Shown here piece after piece: positions 63,439 through 64,000 of a stretch of 64,000 nucleotides of DNA. The notes under the pieces were generated by a model, which was not told where the DNA came from, ran no database searches, and saw only the letters and a list, made by a program, of their open reading frames with translations. The DNA comes from Leucoraja ocellata (Eukaryota): the NCBI GenBank assembly GCA_036785375.1, contig JAWMAR010000061.1, positions 8,680,001 to 8,744,000 on the forward strand, written 5' to 3'. Within the stretch, counting starts at the first letter, position 1, and the number at the start of each line of letters is the position of its first letter. A program made the translations under genes and the position numbers.

Positions 63439-64000
63439 GACCAAGACGTTTGAAGGTTTCTGTCCTAATGGAGTGGAGGTCTTTCATCCATCCCAACACA
63501 TCTTCCTCTGGTAGCTGCCTTCTCAGTGCATCACACACAATACGTCCAATCTTCATAGGTGGCATTATTGCCTCAAGGAATGACAAAGGGAAGTGATTTC
63601 TCTCTGTTTAAAAAAAAGCCTGCCAGAAGGTTTGTGCTGTGGCCTTAATCAATTAGACACTGAGAAGACTCTGCACCTGTCGGTGTACCACGAAGAGGAT
63701 CTGGGCTGCAGGTGTAATCACAAACAGCTGTCCTTGACGGTCACCAAGGGTATCTGCAGTCCAGAGGGTTGTGGTAGCAAGGCCATACTTGAAGAAGCAC
63801 TTGTTTTAAACAGTGTTTGCCATCCAGAAAAGGGGACTTTCCAGAAGTCTGAAGGAAAAAGGTGGATTTAAATGCCATCCCATAGTTACACTCCATCAAT
63901 GCTTTTGGTCAAAGATTATTGAGAGAGCTTATTTAAGAAATCGTAATTAGCAAGATGCTCACAATCAGACAATAGCACTTCTCACTAACCTGAGGCACTG
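63439..64000 (+). other. MYO9A: MYO9A 3' UTR, continues past the window
   Basis: Follows the stop codon; I saw no AATAAA in this stretch. Confidence 0.75.

Noticed and set aside
826-63871. Remaining 60-165 aa ORFs as nested or antisense genes
   Set aside because: No recognisable domains beyond TE remnants; most are alternative frames of exons, repeat fragments or chance ORFs.
1-64000. Prokaryotic operon, defence system or CRISPR array
   Set aside because: This is a spliced vertebrate gene with interspersed retroelements; there is no regular repeat-spacer array or dense coding.

Overview
This is eukaryotic DNA: AT-rich and intron-dominated. Its repeats (V-SINE/HE1-like SINEs, CR1, Rex/Babar and Penelope-like fragments) point to a cartilaginous fish, probably a skate or ray. 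That assignment is inferred from repeat families recalled from memory. The window holds the 3' two-thirds of one + strand gene, unconventional myosin IXa (MYO9A). It runs from the class-IX loop-2 insertion of the motor domain through the IQ neck, long tail, C1 zinc finger and RhoGAP domain to the stop codon at 63436-63438, followed by 3' UTR. I assembled 29 exons by hand with matching splice phases and an open frame. Two further symmetric candidate cassette exons lie at 51692-51745 and 55300-55389. One intron uses a GC donor. The introns are full of retroelement fragments. The most notable non-coding signal is a family of Penelope-like termini carrying a minimal hammerhead ribozyme motif (CTGAAGA-A-GGGTCTCGACCC-GAAACGTC). 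Every copy I found in the pre-mRNA sense orientation is broken, while several antisense copies keep the core. I found no prokaryotic system, CRISPR array or clearly new gene. Comparisons to human MYO9A and to repeat families come from recall, not from a database search.
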